Source: Thermoplasmata archaeon (GTDB lineage Archaea > Thermoplasmatota > Penumbrarchaeia > JAEHCK01 > GCA-020356005). Taken from it: a stretch of 51,724 bases of DNA. Made by a program: the position numbers and the translations under genes. The notes under the pieces are model-generated. The model did no database searches, was not told the origin of the DNA, and saw nothing but the letters and a program-made list of their open reading frames with translations. The stretch spans positions 2,992,765-3,044,488 of the forward strand of contig CP070629.1 in NCBI GenBank assembly GCA_020356005.1. Direction: 5' to 3'. This document shows, piece after piece, positions 1 through 9,035 of this stretch. The stretch's first letter is position 1. Each line of letters begins with the position of its first letter.

Positions 1-228
1 CAATTTAAACACAGAAACACAGAAGCACTGAAAAAATCGAGGTCTAAAATTATTTCGGGCTTTCGATTATAAAATTTTTGTTAAATCAATTTCGTGATAT
101 CGTGGTAAAATGTGGAATTGATTTTTTTAATAATTTAACTTTTGATTTTATTTTTAATTTTGTATTTTGAATTTAGTGATAGATTTGATAGCTCCCTAAA
201 AGGGTAGGCAAATCTTTGTGAGAAATTT

Positions 229-340
229 GGGAGTTTGGATCTGTTTTTGAAGTTGGGAGTTTGAGCTTACTTGGTAGTATTGGTAGTATTGGTATGTATT
301 GGGATTTCCACCGAAGGTGGTGTAGTATTTGGATTTAAGA
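229..340. repeat. C-poor block of degenerate tandem words (GGGAGTTTG x2, 9-mer GGTAGTATT x3)
   Basis: The sequence reads gggagtttggat...gttgggagtttgag...ttggtagtattggtagtattggtatgtattggg. It lies just downstream of the stop of the 360..5111 gene. Confidence 0.6.
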
Positions 341-359
341 ATCAACCAATAATCAAAGT

Positions 360-3300
360 CTATTCTTCCAAATCAAAATCATCAAACTCTTCATCTTCAC
401 TGTCAAATTCTTCTGCATAGAACTCGTAACCGCACGAGGGGCATACCGAATCGGATTTTAAAGTAACATTCTCACAGTCGGGGCAGATTCGCTCATCTTC
501 TCCTAACTCATCTTCCTCATCTTTTATCTTGCCTTTGGCAGGCATCAGTCTTTTATCTTCAGGTATCAAACCCTCTTCGAGCTCCTCAGCCTCTTCTCCC
601 TCGGGTGCGGGCAGCTCCTCGGCCTCCTCTTCTCCCTCCAACGCTTCTTTTTCCTCGGCCCCCTCAAGCTCCTCATCGGTTTCCAGCTCCTCCTCTTCCT
701 CACCCTCCTCCTCTTCCTCCTCCTCGTCACCATAAAGCCTCTTGAGCTCCCGTTCCTCCTTACCTCTATACCAGATGACAACAAATATGATAATTATTAT
801 AATTATGATAAGCAGGATGATCAGGCCCAGTGTTCCCAACAAGCCGCCGAGTTCAGTGCCCTCGTCTTCGGTATCTTCAATTACTGTTACGGTGAGCGTG
901 TCTGTATCCGATGAGCCGGTTGCGTCCACCACTGTCAGCGTCACAGTATAGGTCCCGGCCTTGGTGTACTGCCAGCGCGCCTCAATTTCAGACCTGTCGC
1001 GGTCGTTGGTGTAATTACCATCGCCGTCGGAATCGATCAATGAATCGAAATCCCAGTAGTAGTTCTGTATATCATTATCCGGATCGGTTGAGCCCGAAGC
1101 GTCAACAGTGAACACTTCATCTACTTTGACTTCAAGATCCTCTCCGGCCTCAGCAACCGGTTTGCTTGCCGTTATGTTCACAACCGTACTGGTTTGAAGT
1201 GTTTGAAGCATGCGTATGGTGCCGTCGTGGGCCACAAAACTCACGGTGTGCGACCCCGACCCGAGCTCCGAGCCTGATATTGTAAATGTAAAATCGACAT
1301 AAGTTTCATAATTCGCTGCTGTGGGATCTTTTTCAGTCATAAAATAAGGATTCCCGTCGATATAGACCTTCACATACCCTCCGTCGCTCGGGGGGTCGTA
1401 ATCACTGTCCCTGTACTTTATCCAGAACGTATAATCATCGATCTCGCGGCCGGTTTTGGGCGAGATCATCTCACCCTCCCAGGGTTCGTATAAATTAGGC
1501 GGCGTATTGTTGAACGTACCCGGTGCGAAAATCAATGGAATGGTTCTTATCAAACCCGTAAAATTCGCCCAGACCTCCACCTTTTCGGCATCAACAAATG
1601 TAACACCGCTGTGCGGGAGCTGCACCCAGCCGGCGTCCCAGTAGTACATACGCATTCTTGAGATGTTCATCTCATGCATTACATCTACTTTATTGAACCC
1701 GATGGTTATGTTTGTCCAATTAATTTTAAATGGATTTACTGGCTCATCCTTGAATCTATAAGTAACGAACTTGTTCACGCTGAAGTTAGTGTAATAGTTT
1801 TCACCAGGATTTGATGCTGAGATCATAGTCACAATACCAGGTCCACCTACCATTATCAAACATCTTGCGGGAATTGTATCGTCGCGAAACTCTTTGATTT
1901 CATATTCAAAAATATCGGGCGTGTCAGGGTCACCGGGCTTACCAAAAATAGAAATATTAACAATTGCAGTACTATTAGCACCTAAATTGTCACGGACAGT
2001 CAGATATATAACATAAACATTACCTAAGGAAACCTTCTGATAAACAATAGGTTCGGGTCCGGAATAGATTATAGTTTTAGTTGTCTCGTCTACTCCTTTT
2101 CTATACCATGTAAAGGTTAATTTTGTATCGTCCAGATCATAACTTGCACTTGCATCAAATTTTATTTCATCTGTGTAATCATAAACCGACCCATTCAGAG
2201 GACTGGATATGACGGCAACCGGTGCAATATTGGGTGCGCCCAGTGCGTATACCCAGCCGGCCTCGTCAGCGCAAAACACACGGTTGCCGTATATGGCCGG
2301 TGAGCCCAGCATCGACGATTTTGTATAGCTGGTATAGTTCCAGAGATGTCTCGCCTTGTCCGTGGTTGTATCTATTAATTTATCTAAAGCAAACAATTTA
2401 CCGCTTTCTGTAGTGAAAAAGACGGCACTGTCACCCACAGCGGCAGAACTTTCAATTCTGGAGCCTGCATCAAATGTCCAGTTAAGTTCACCGGTGAAAA
2501 GAGATACCGAATGGAATTTGCCACCGCCTGTACCGATGTAAACGAAGGAGCCATCGGGGTCCGCAGCAGGCGAGCACCGGCCCGGTGAGCTGTCAAGCTG
2601 GGCGCTCCATAGTAAATCACCCTTGGTCAAACTTGTATCGCTGTCGGTTACGCCGTCGTCACCGTCATAAAAGCCCTGGAGGTCAAAAGCATAAAGCTTG
2701 GTATCATTGGAACCCACAATTACCATATCGTTTACAATCGTTGGTGTCGAATGGATCTGTCCACCTGTACGGTATGTCCAGTTTATTGCACCCGTCTTTG
2801 GGTTTAGGGCAACAAGATCGCCAGTCAGGGTTCCGATGTAAAGTGAGTCTGTTACATTGGAAATAGCGGGGGTGGAATATCCCACCGCTCCACCAAGATT
2901 GGTGCGCCATATATAATCAGTGGTACCGGCAGTTCCATCCTCGTCAAGCGCATAGAGGTATCCGTCCGAAGCACCCACATATACCATACCGTAATAGACC
3001 ATGGGCGTCGATAAAATGGTTGCACTTGTATCATAACTCCATTCCTTTGACCCGGTATAGAGATCCATGGAATAGACCGTCCCCTCTTTCGAAGCTACAT
3101 ATATCCTGTCAAAAATGGATGTATCCTCGCCAAGAAATATCGTGGGCTCTCTAATAAAAGTCCCTCCTGCGGCAAAGTCATCTGCTGGCTGACCTGAGCT
3201 TTCATAAAAACTCTGCACCCTGCCGTTGGATGTAGCAACATAGATCTTATCCTTGGCCAGTATAACCGAACCGCGTATCGCTCCGGGAGTCAGCGTGGAG

Positions 3301-5111
3301 TTCTTCCAGATGTCGCGGTTACTGGGCGAGCCTCCCGGCGCGTAGCCGGTGTGCTCGAAATTCCCCTGGAACATCTGCCAGTTCGATAGATCGCGTAAAT
3401 GATACGATAATGACTTCGAAAGTAGATTATCGGTATTACCTTCACTGGGTTCAACATCTGTAACATTGAACCACATCACCCACAGGTTCTCACCAACAGT
3501 TGGATTCTCAGGTAACTGCCAATCGAGATACAAGGTTGTTTCTGTCCGGGCGGGCAGGCTCACATGTTCCCTTGTAATCTCTTCATGAATTGATTTGTCT
3601 GCAGATGCATAGCTGAAGGTCACATTGGCACTGCCGTTCACAGATCCGATATTTTTTACCTTTGCAGTAAAATTGATAAATTCACCTACAAACGGTTCTG
3701 TATCCGAAATTATAACATCATTGGTATCTATAACAAAATCCGGAGCACCGAAGACGATCATAGAGCCCGGAGAGCCCCCATTACCGGTGAACACCCTGCC
3801 TTTGGCAATGGCCGGTGATGAAATGAGGTTTGCGCCCTGGATCTGTTTCTCCCAGGCGAGCGACTGGCTCGCAATGTCAAATGCATGGATATACTCATAT
3901 GCATGTACGAACACGCGGCCCTCAGCAACCGCGGGCGAGGCATACGACCTACCCAAAAGCTTCTTGCTCCATTTCAACGACCCGGTAAATTTGTTAAAAA
4001 CATAAAGCCCACCATCATTATCCGTGGCAGGAGAGCCGTCCCAATCGATGGTGGTTATGAAAACATCATTGTATGAAATTGCAGGTGTTGATTTTATTCC
4101 TCCCTTTAATTTATTTGATGAATCCCAGACGGAAGCGCCTGTCTCTGCGTTAAGAGCATAAAACTTTTTATCAAGAGAGCCGAAAAAAACCGTGCCAGAA
4201 TCCAAAGATGGTGAAGATTCTATGGGGCCGCCGGTAGTAAAATTCCACTGCTCCTCGCCGTCAGATACATTCACCGCGTAAAATTTATTGTTATTACAAC
4301 CGAAGTAAACCTTATCATAGCCCACGGCGGGTGAGCCCCGGATGGATTCGCTTACATTGAAATGCCAGACCAGATCGCCGTTATCAACATCCAGTGCGTA
4401 AAGCGTACCATTTGCTTTTGGTAGGCTTTTCATTGATGTAGCAAAAACCATCCCGGAGCTAATTGTTGGCGAACCCAGAACCTCGCCGGTGGTCTGGAAT
4501 TCCCAGATCTTCGAACCGTCATCAGCATCTATGGCATAAACGAAATAATTATTGCACCCGAAAATAAGTTTTCCATCATGGATGTTCATTGCAGTCCAGA
4601 CACCCCCACCGTTTATGGCATATTTGGTCGTGTGGTGTTTCCATATCTGTTCTTTGGTGTCGATATCAATTGCGTAGATCCATCCCTGGGCGTCTCCAAA
4701 ATAGACGATGCCATTATCCACAGTTGGAGGCGAATAAACAGATCCATGTGTGGAATATTCCCATAATACAGCTGCATCCTCGGGAGATATACTTGTTGAA
4801 TTGCCGTGATGTGTAGCACCTGCCAAAAACGATAACCATTGGTCAGCTCCCGTATTGATTGATGAGCGGGTGCTGAGAAATTGATTTGATCTGAATTCTA
4901 CTGTATTAATCTCGTTATCGATTGAATTGGTTTGGGTACTGGCAATAATAGAAAAATTAAGATTTATCATCAAGAAAATGATGATGATTCCAGTAATAAC
5001 TCTAATTCTTTTAGGAATTACTTCTTTAAACGATCCAAAGAAAATCATAAAAAGCCCTCTAGATGCTAGAATTATTCGATGTAAAATATTAGAATATATA
5101 AAAGTTCCCAT
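360..5111 (-). CDS. Giant membrane-anchored surface protein: several PQQ-like beta-propeller repeat blocks, PKD/Ig-like domains, a C-terminal TM helix, and a poly-Glu cytoplasmic tail ending in a zinc ribbon
   Basis: Uninterrupted 1583-aa ORF with an N-terminal hydrophobic anchor (ITGIIIIFLMINLNFSIIAS). A propeller-blade motif recurs (NGIVYFGDAQGWIYAIDIDTKEQIW, DKVYFGCNNNKFYAVNVSDGEEQWNF, GMVYVGASDGYLYALDEDG, DMVIVGSNDTKLYAFDL). A PKD-like segment reads YYWDF...AGTYTVTLTVVDATGSSDTDTLTVTV. The TM helix is LGLIILLIIIIIIIIFVVIW, followed by an EEEEEEEGEEEEE tail and CPDC-x10-CPSC. The exact start is uncertain (an alternative Met lies 21 codons in). Confidence 0.85.
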   Translation of the reverse strand: MGTFIYSNILHRIILASRGLFMIFFGSFKEVIPKRIRVITGIIIIFLMINLNFSIIASTQTNSIDNEINTVEFRSNQFLSTRSSINTGADQWLSFLAGATHHGNSTSISPEDAAVLWEYSTHGSVYSPPTVDNGIVYFGDAQGWIYAIDIDTKEQIWKHHTTKYAINGGGVWTAMNIHDGKLIFGCNNYFVYAIDADDGSKIWEFQTTGEVLGSPTISSGMVFATSMKSLPKANGTLYALDVDNGDLVWHFNVSESIRGSPAVGYDKVYFGCNNNKFYAVNVSDGEEQWNFTTGGPIESSPSLDSGTVFFGSLDKKFYALNAETGASVWDSSNKLKGGIKSTPAISYNDVFITTIDWDGSPATDNDGGLYVFNKFTGSLKWSKKLLGRSYASPAVAEGRVFVHAYEYIHAFDIASQSLAWEKQIQGANLISSPAIAKGRVFTGNGGSPGSMIVFGAPDFVIDTNDVIISDTEPFVGEFINFTAKVKNIGSVNGSANVTFSYASADKSIHEEITREHVSLPARTETTLYLDWQLPENPTVGENLWVMWFNVTDVEPSEGNTDNLLSKSLSYHLRDLSNWQMFQGNFEHTGYAPGGSPSNRDIWKNSTLTPGAIRGSVILAKDKIYVATSNGRVQSFYESSGQPADDFAAGGTFIREPTIFLGEDTSIFDRIYVASKEGTVYSMDLYTGSKEWSYDTSATILSTPMVYYGMVYVGASDGYLYALDEDGTAGTTDYIWRTNLGGAVGYSTPAISNVTDSLYIGTLTGDLVALNPKTGAINWTYRTGGQIHSTPTIVNDMVIVGSNDTKLYAFDLQGFYDGDDGVTDSDTSLTKGDLLWSAQLDSSPGRCSPAADPDGSFVYIGTGGGKFHSVSLFTGELNWTFDAGSRIESSAAVGDSAVFFTTESGKLFALDKLIDTTTDKARHLWNYTSYTKSSMLGSPAIYGNRVFCADEAGWVYALGAPNIAPVAVISSPLNGSVYDYTDEIKFDASASYDLDDTKLTFTWYRKGVDETTKTIIYSGPEPIVYQKVSLGNVYVIYLTVRDNLGANSTAIVNISIFGKPGDPDTPDIFEYEIKEFRDDTIPARCLIMVGGPGIVTMISASNPGENYYTNFSVNKFVTYRFKDEPVNPFKINWTNITIGFNKVDVMHEMNISRMRMYYWDAGWVQLPHSGVTFVDAEKVEVWANFTGLIRTIPLIFAPGTFNNTPPNLYEPWEGEMISPKTGREIDDYTFWIKYRDSDYDPPSDGGYVKVYIDGNPYFMTEKDPTAANYETYVDFTFTISGSELGSGSHTVSFVAHDGTIRMLQTLQTSTVVNITASKPVAEAGEDLEVKVDEVFTVDASGSTDPDNDIQNYYWDFDSLIDSDGDGNYTNDRDRSEIEARWQYTKAGTYTVTLTVVDATGSSDTDTLTVTVIEDTEDEGTELGGLLGTLGLIILLIIIIIIIIFVVIWYRGKEERELKRLYGDEEEEEEEGEEEEELETDEELEGAEEKEALEGEEEAEELPAPEGEEAEELEEGLIPEDKRLMPAKGKIKDEEDELGEDERICPDCENVTLKSDSVCPSCGYEFYAEEFDSEDEEFDDFDLEE

Positions 5112-5517
5112 AGTTTATAAAAGTTATAGTACATACATCGAATGGAGCAGGTATGATTCAATATTGTAGATATGGAGATCAATCCTCGCTTTTTTTATGG
5201 GTTTTAATTTGGGCCGATTAAAATATAATTTGTCGAATAAAAACATAGGTGAAAAAAAGGGGGCTGCCGCGAGTTATTTATCTCATTACAAATTTATAAA
5301 AATGTTATTATATTTTTATAACTCAATATTAATATAATAATATTTTAAAAAACGCATTGAAATTTTGATAAAATATTTGTACATGTACATTTCAACCCGA
5401 AGATGGAAAAGTTTTATATCCCACAAATTAATGGTTCATTAATCGGAGAAGGTCAAAACCTCTGAATTATCGAGGGGGAAGATCGGTAATTCAGCTCCAA
5501 ATTCGGAGGAGGTCAAC

Positions 5518-6039
5518 ATGGGACCATTCGGACACTTCGCAATAGGGCTACTATGCGGTACAATAATCATGCTACCGTTTCTTAGGGACAGATCGCTATA
5601 CGATTATGATAAGCAGAAATGGGTTTCAATCGAGTGGATTCAATATACCAAAACTGAAATTACACCGTCATCCCGAAAATTGATCACCTCAGACAATGTA
5701 AAAAATGATTCTATAACTAACGAACTCAACCCCATAACAAAATCAAAGTTCATTTTGTATACACCGATCATTGCGGTTATATGTGGATTTTTTGCAATGC
5801 TGCCGGACATATCACATTTATGGGGTAATTCAAGTCTTGACCAGTCTCATTGGGCTGATTTTTGCTTCTTTCATTATACTCTTGATCACCTCTATATAAA
5901 TAATCAATTTGTTATTACAAACGGTGCATTAACGGAAACCTTCATTGTATTTACCTCGGTTGTATTTATGGTCAGCTTGATGGCAATCTCTCAAAATTAT
6001 CAATACAATCGGAAAAATTATGAAAATGTGGTTGTCTAG
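5518..6039 (+). CDS. Integral membrane protein, possibly a DUF457/YdjM-like membrane-bound metal-dependent hydrolase
   Basis: Strong SD (GGAGGAGGT) 5 nt upstream of the ATG. The N-terminus MGPFGHFAIGLLCG and the internal MLPDISHLWG resemble the His and PD(I/L)(D/S)H motifs of the DUF457 family (from memory). Several hydrophobic helices are present. Confidence 0.55.
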   Translation: MGPFGHFAIGLLCGTIIMLPFLRDRSLYDYDKQKWVSIEWIQYTKTEITPSSRKLITSDNVKNDSITNELNPITKSKFILYTPIIAVICGFFAMLPDISHLWGNSSLDQSHWADFCFFHYTLDHLYINNQFVITNGALTETFIVFTSVVFMVSLMAISQNYQYNRKNYENVVV

Positions 6040-6115
6040 TACCATGGCAATGAAGTTATTAGGATTTCAAAAAAATAGCCCAGTATTTACTGATATAGTA
6101 GTAGAATCAACCTGA

Positions 6116-6622
6116 CTATTTAATAACAGTTGCCCTCTTAATTCTTTTGGCCATGGTGGGATTAATACCTTTTATTTTTATCAGATCCTCAAGTTCAGCA
6201 CGCCTGATTTTTGTTATATTGCGGTAACCTGCGTCGTAAAGGTTGGTTGCGCGTACCTCGTCAAGCTCGAATAATCTCATATAATTCACTATCATTCTAT
6301 TCTGCGGCAGCGGCTTTGCCATTACCACTTCCGGTTCCGGAGCCGTAGGGAGTTTCTCCTTTCTGCCCCATTCAGGATAACTTTCATCAAGCGGTCTATC
6401 AAAGCCGGCTTCATCCTCGTATGTTCCCAGGTGGGCCCGTTTTAATTTCCTCTCCTCCAGGTAATCATTCAAAACAAAAGTAAGAGCGATGATGGAAATA
6501 AAAGCTGCCAGGCTGCAGGCCCAAACAGTTACCAATGAAATGATAACTGCCACTATAGCAGCCAGGCATACAATCAAAAATAAATGCATTTTAGTAAATT
6601 CCATAGTCTGATATTCTCCCAC
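6116..6622 (-). CDS. Membrane protein with a C-terminal helix-hairpin-helix-like segment
   Basis: Two N-terminal TM helices (LFLIVCLAAIVAVIISLVTVW, LAAFISIIALTFVL). The C-terminus reads NLYDAGYRNITKIRRAELEDLIKIKGINPTMAKRIKRA, which is HhH-like. Confidence 0.6.
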   Translation of the reverse strand: MGEYQTMEFTKMHLFLIVCLAAIVAVIISLVTVWACSLAAFISIIALTFVLNDYLEERKLKRAHLGTYEDEAGFDRPLDESYPEWGRKEKLPTAPEPEVVMAKPLPQNRMIVNYMRLFELDEVRATNLYDAGYRNITKIRRAELEDLIKIKGINPTMAKRIKRATVIK

Positions 6623-6658
6623 GGCAATATAAACTTTCTATTTCAATAATTCATTCAT

Positions 6659-7615
6659 TCAAATAGCACTTTCGATAATTTTTTGCATTTCACAGGCTTT
6701 ACACAGAAGCCCGGATGAAGGTTCACCGCAAGTTGAACATGTATTCATAGGTCCAGTCTTAATATTTGCTTCGATATTATCAAAAAGATGGTCGTATATA
6801 TTTATTATTGCATGGCGCGTCCCGGGCTGTTGATCTTCAAGTTGGTTCAGTATTTTTCGGTAAAGGCCTCGCTGTGCAAACTGCGCATACGGGCATTCGC
6901 CGGTATATGCATCGATATGATTCAGGATTGTATGAAGATAGATCTCTTTCTCAGGTATTACGCGCAGCGGCATGATTCGAGGTATGAGCCCCTCTTTGAT
7001 AATCCGGTGAGGTCCCAATCGAAATAATTTATTAAAATCACCTTTGCAGATGTTCATTAATATTGATTGCGAGTTATCGTCAAGATTATGGCCGGTTGCA
7101 AGTTTAGTGGCAGAGATCTCACGTGAAAGTACATTCAAGCAGCTGCGGCGGAAAACCCCGCAGTAACTGCAGGGCAGCAAATCCGGGATATCTGCACGGG
7201 CAATCTCATCCAGGGTATACCCGAACTTTTTTTTAAATGAAATAACCCGATGCTCCACTCCAAGTTTTTTACACCACCGGCTGGCTATCGCCAGACTATC
7301 TGTTCTGTACGGCTCAATACCCTCATCCACGGACAGTGCAACAAGTTCCAGGTCTTTGTGGTTAGCAAACATTTCCACCATTAAATGCAGGAGCGTCAAA
7401 CTATCCTTTCCACCTGAAAGTGCTACTGCAAGCCTGGAATCTGGAGGGAGCTTGCCCTGCTTGCGCATTTCGCGCTTCACCCTGGTTTTCAAGAACTCCG
7501 AGAAGTGGTTCGCACAAAGATGTGCACCGCTGTATCTGATGTAAGTAACAGCGGGTTTTGTACATGAACTGCAGATATGTTCTTCCGGTTTTTGCTGGTT
7601 TTTCGGCATAATCAA
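6659..7615 (-). CDS. tRNA 2-thiolation PP-loop ATPase (TtuA/Ncs6 family)
   Basis: PP-loop ALSGGKDSLTLL. N-terminal CSSC...CANH zinc finger and C-terminal CSTC...CKAC zinc finger. PCSYCGVFRR is a Cys cluster typical of Fe-S dependent tRNA thiouridine synthetases. Confidence 0.85.
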   Translation of the reverse strand: MIMPKNQQKPEEHICSSCTKPAVTYIRYSGAHLCANHFSEFLKTRVKREMRKQGKLPPDSRLAVALSGGKDSLTLLHLMVEMFANHKDLELVALSVDEGIEPYRTDSLAIASRWCKKLGVEHRVISFKKKFGYTLDEIARADIPDLLPCSYCGVFRRSCLNVLSREISATKLATGHNLDDNSQSILMNICKGDFNKLFRLGPHRIIKEGLIPRIMPLRVIPEKEIYLHTILNHIDAYTGECPYAQFAQRGLYRKILNQLEDQQPGTRHAIINIYDHLFDNIEANIKTGPMNTCSTCGEPSSGLLCKACEMQKIIESAI

Positions 7616-7704
7616 TTAATGTAATAATCGTTTGATATATTATATTTATTTAGAGTAGAACTAATAAGAAGTGATGTCGAATCTATTAATTTCATAATGA
7701 TTTA

Positions 7705-7850
7705 CTCAGGACCTAGGACTCAGGACTCAGGGTTAGATTCTTTCACTCTTCAACTTTTCCACTATTCCACTATTCCACTTTTCTACTGTACCACTTATCC
7801 ACTAATACTTACACTATCGGCTATCGACTGCCGACCATCGACTTTGGACT
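7705..7850. repeat. Modular intergenic repeat: 7-mer array (ACTCAGG-like), a nearly G-free 8-mer array (CCACTATT-like), and a CTATCGACTGCCGAC module
   Basis: The sequence reads ctcaggacctaggactcaggactcaggg, then ccactattccactattccacttttctactgtaccacttatccactaat, then ctatcggctatcgactgccgaccatcgac. It is the reverse complement of module types seen at 38879-39020 and 40233-40367. Confidence 0.7.
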
Positions 7851-7941
7851 ATTTTGTTAGTGAACCCACAACGATAAATTAATAAATGCTAAAGGCCTTA
7901 ACCGGAATTGTCATATAACATAACAAAAAAGGCTTGACAAC

Positions 7942-8241
7942 ATGGCATTGACCGATGAACTTAAAAAACTGGTAAATAATGAGATCGCTATTGTAATGAA
8001 CGACGGTATGACTTATCGAGGTATACTAACAAATTACGATGAAGAAACCATAGTAATGGAAAATGTTTTTGAAGCCTCTCGTGGACAGGTTGATTGGATA
8101 GCGACCGCGGATGCAAAAAACAGCGGTGGTAAAACCCTCAAGGGTTATCTGCACTGGCGAAAAATCACACTGCCCAAACTACTTGCCAGAACCGACAGGG
8201 TTCTTCGAATATGGCCGTGGAGGCCTTCAGAAAAAGAATGA
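7942..8241 (+). CDS. Sm-like (LSm/SmAP-type) protein with an extended internal loop
   Basis: Sm1-like segment EIAIVMNDGMTYRGILTNYDEETIVMENVFE and a possible Sm2 segment DRVLRIWP, separated by about 35 aa. The family call is tentative. Confidence 0.5.
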   Translation: MALTDELKKLVNNEIAIVMNDGMTYRGILTNYDEETIVMENVFEASRGQVDWIATADAKNSGGKTLKGYLHWRKITLPKLLARTDRVLRIWPWRPSEKE

Positions 8242-8262
8242 TCGTAATAAATTCAGCCTAAG

Positions 8263-8673
8263 TTGAGTAACATGGTAAATGTAGAGATAGAAAATATAAT
8301 CGCATCTGCCACTATCGCGGATGCGCTAGACCTGCCCAAAATAGCAGAAACAATTGAAGGTGCAGAATATAACCCGGACAGATTCCCCGGGGTGGTATTA
8401 AAATTCGAATCACCAAGGGTTGTGGTGCTGCTTTTTGAAAAAGGGAAAATGATGTGTACAGGTGGCCGCAGCCTGAAGGATGTGCAGGAAGTGATGGATA
8501 GCGTCTTCGATACACTTACATCACAACAATTGCTTGTTCCCATAGGAGAGGGAGGGGAAGCCGGGGCAGATAAAGCCAAAGGAGCCAAAGGTGAAGGCGG
8601 AAAAGGCGGAGAAGGTCCAAAGAAAGGTAAAGAACCCGCCGCTCCACCGGAAACGCCAGAAAAACCACAGTAA
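8263..8673 (+). CDS. Single-repeat TBP-domain protein ('half TBP') with a Gly/Lys/Glu/Pro-rich tail
   Basis: Residues 6-88 (VEIENIIASATIADALDLPKIAETIEGAEYNPDRFPGVVLKFESPRVVVLLFEKGKMMCTGGRSLKDVQEVMDSVFDTL) match one TBP repeat strand for strand. There is no second repeat. The tail reads GEGGEAGADKAKGAKGEGGKGGEGPKKGKEPAAPPETPEKPQ. The start is TTG 8263 or ATG 8272. Confidence 0.85.
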   Translation: MSNMVNVEIENIIASATIADALDLPKIAETIEGAEYNPDRFPGVVLKFESPRVVVLLFEKGKMMCTGGRSLKDVQEVMDSVFDTLTSQQLLVPIGEGGEAGADKAKGAKGEGGKGGEGPKKGKEPAAPPETPEKPQ

Positions 8674-8705
8674 AAAAGCCATCAACAACCTCAGCCCTTC
8701 AACTA

Positions 8706-8718
8706 TTTTGTTTTTTTT
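8706..8718 (+). terminator. Oligo-T tract downstream of the half-TBP gene
   Basis: ttttgtttttttt lies 33 nt after the stop codon. Archaeal intrinsic termination typically uses T-runs. Confidence 0.35.
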
Positions 8719-9035
8719 AAGATTACTTTAGTTATTATTTATTGCTTTTATTACTTACAGAATTTTTATTTCAGCATTTTAATTAAAAACTTCCACAATT
8801 TTTTTTAGTTAATAAATAATTGACACCAGATAAATATATCTCACCAAAAAGATTATATTATTGCATTGTAGTATAGAGTATAACCGGGAATAGTACCAGT
8901 TGCTGGTAATATAGGGGAACCCAAGCAACTTATGGAAGGGGCCGACACTAAAAAATTCAAATTCGAAGGAGACGCAAGACTATCAAAATATTCGGTCAGA
9001 TAAATCAAATATAATAAGCTTGAGGGAGGTCATTA

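Noticed and set aside
529-951. ORFs at 529..735 (+), 566..784 (-) and 742..951 (+), which translate to Ser-rich or Arg/Lys-rich proteins.
   Set aside because: They are alternative-frame and antisense readings of the GAG/GAA-rich poly-Glu tail and TM region of the 360..5111 gene. They are pure low-complexity sequence with no independent signals.
8253-8588. A 111-aa - strand ORF antisense to the half-TBP gene.
   Set aside because: The + frame matches a TBP repeat residue by residue. The antisense frame is Ser/Thr/Ala-rich with no motif.
8263-9035. The half-TBP as a pseudogene fragment of a frameshifted two-repeat TBP.
   Set aside because: The upstream gene ends 21 nt before it. The sequence after the repeat stays in frame as a charged low-complexity tail up to a stop. 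The following 360 bp are AT-rich with no TBP-like translation that I could find in any frame. This was not checked computationally, so it remains a caveat.
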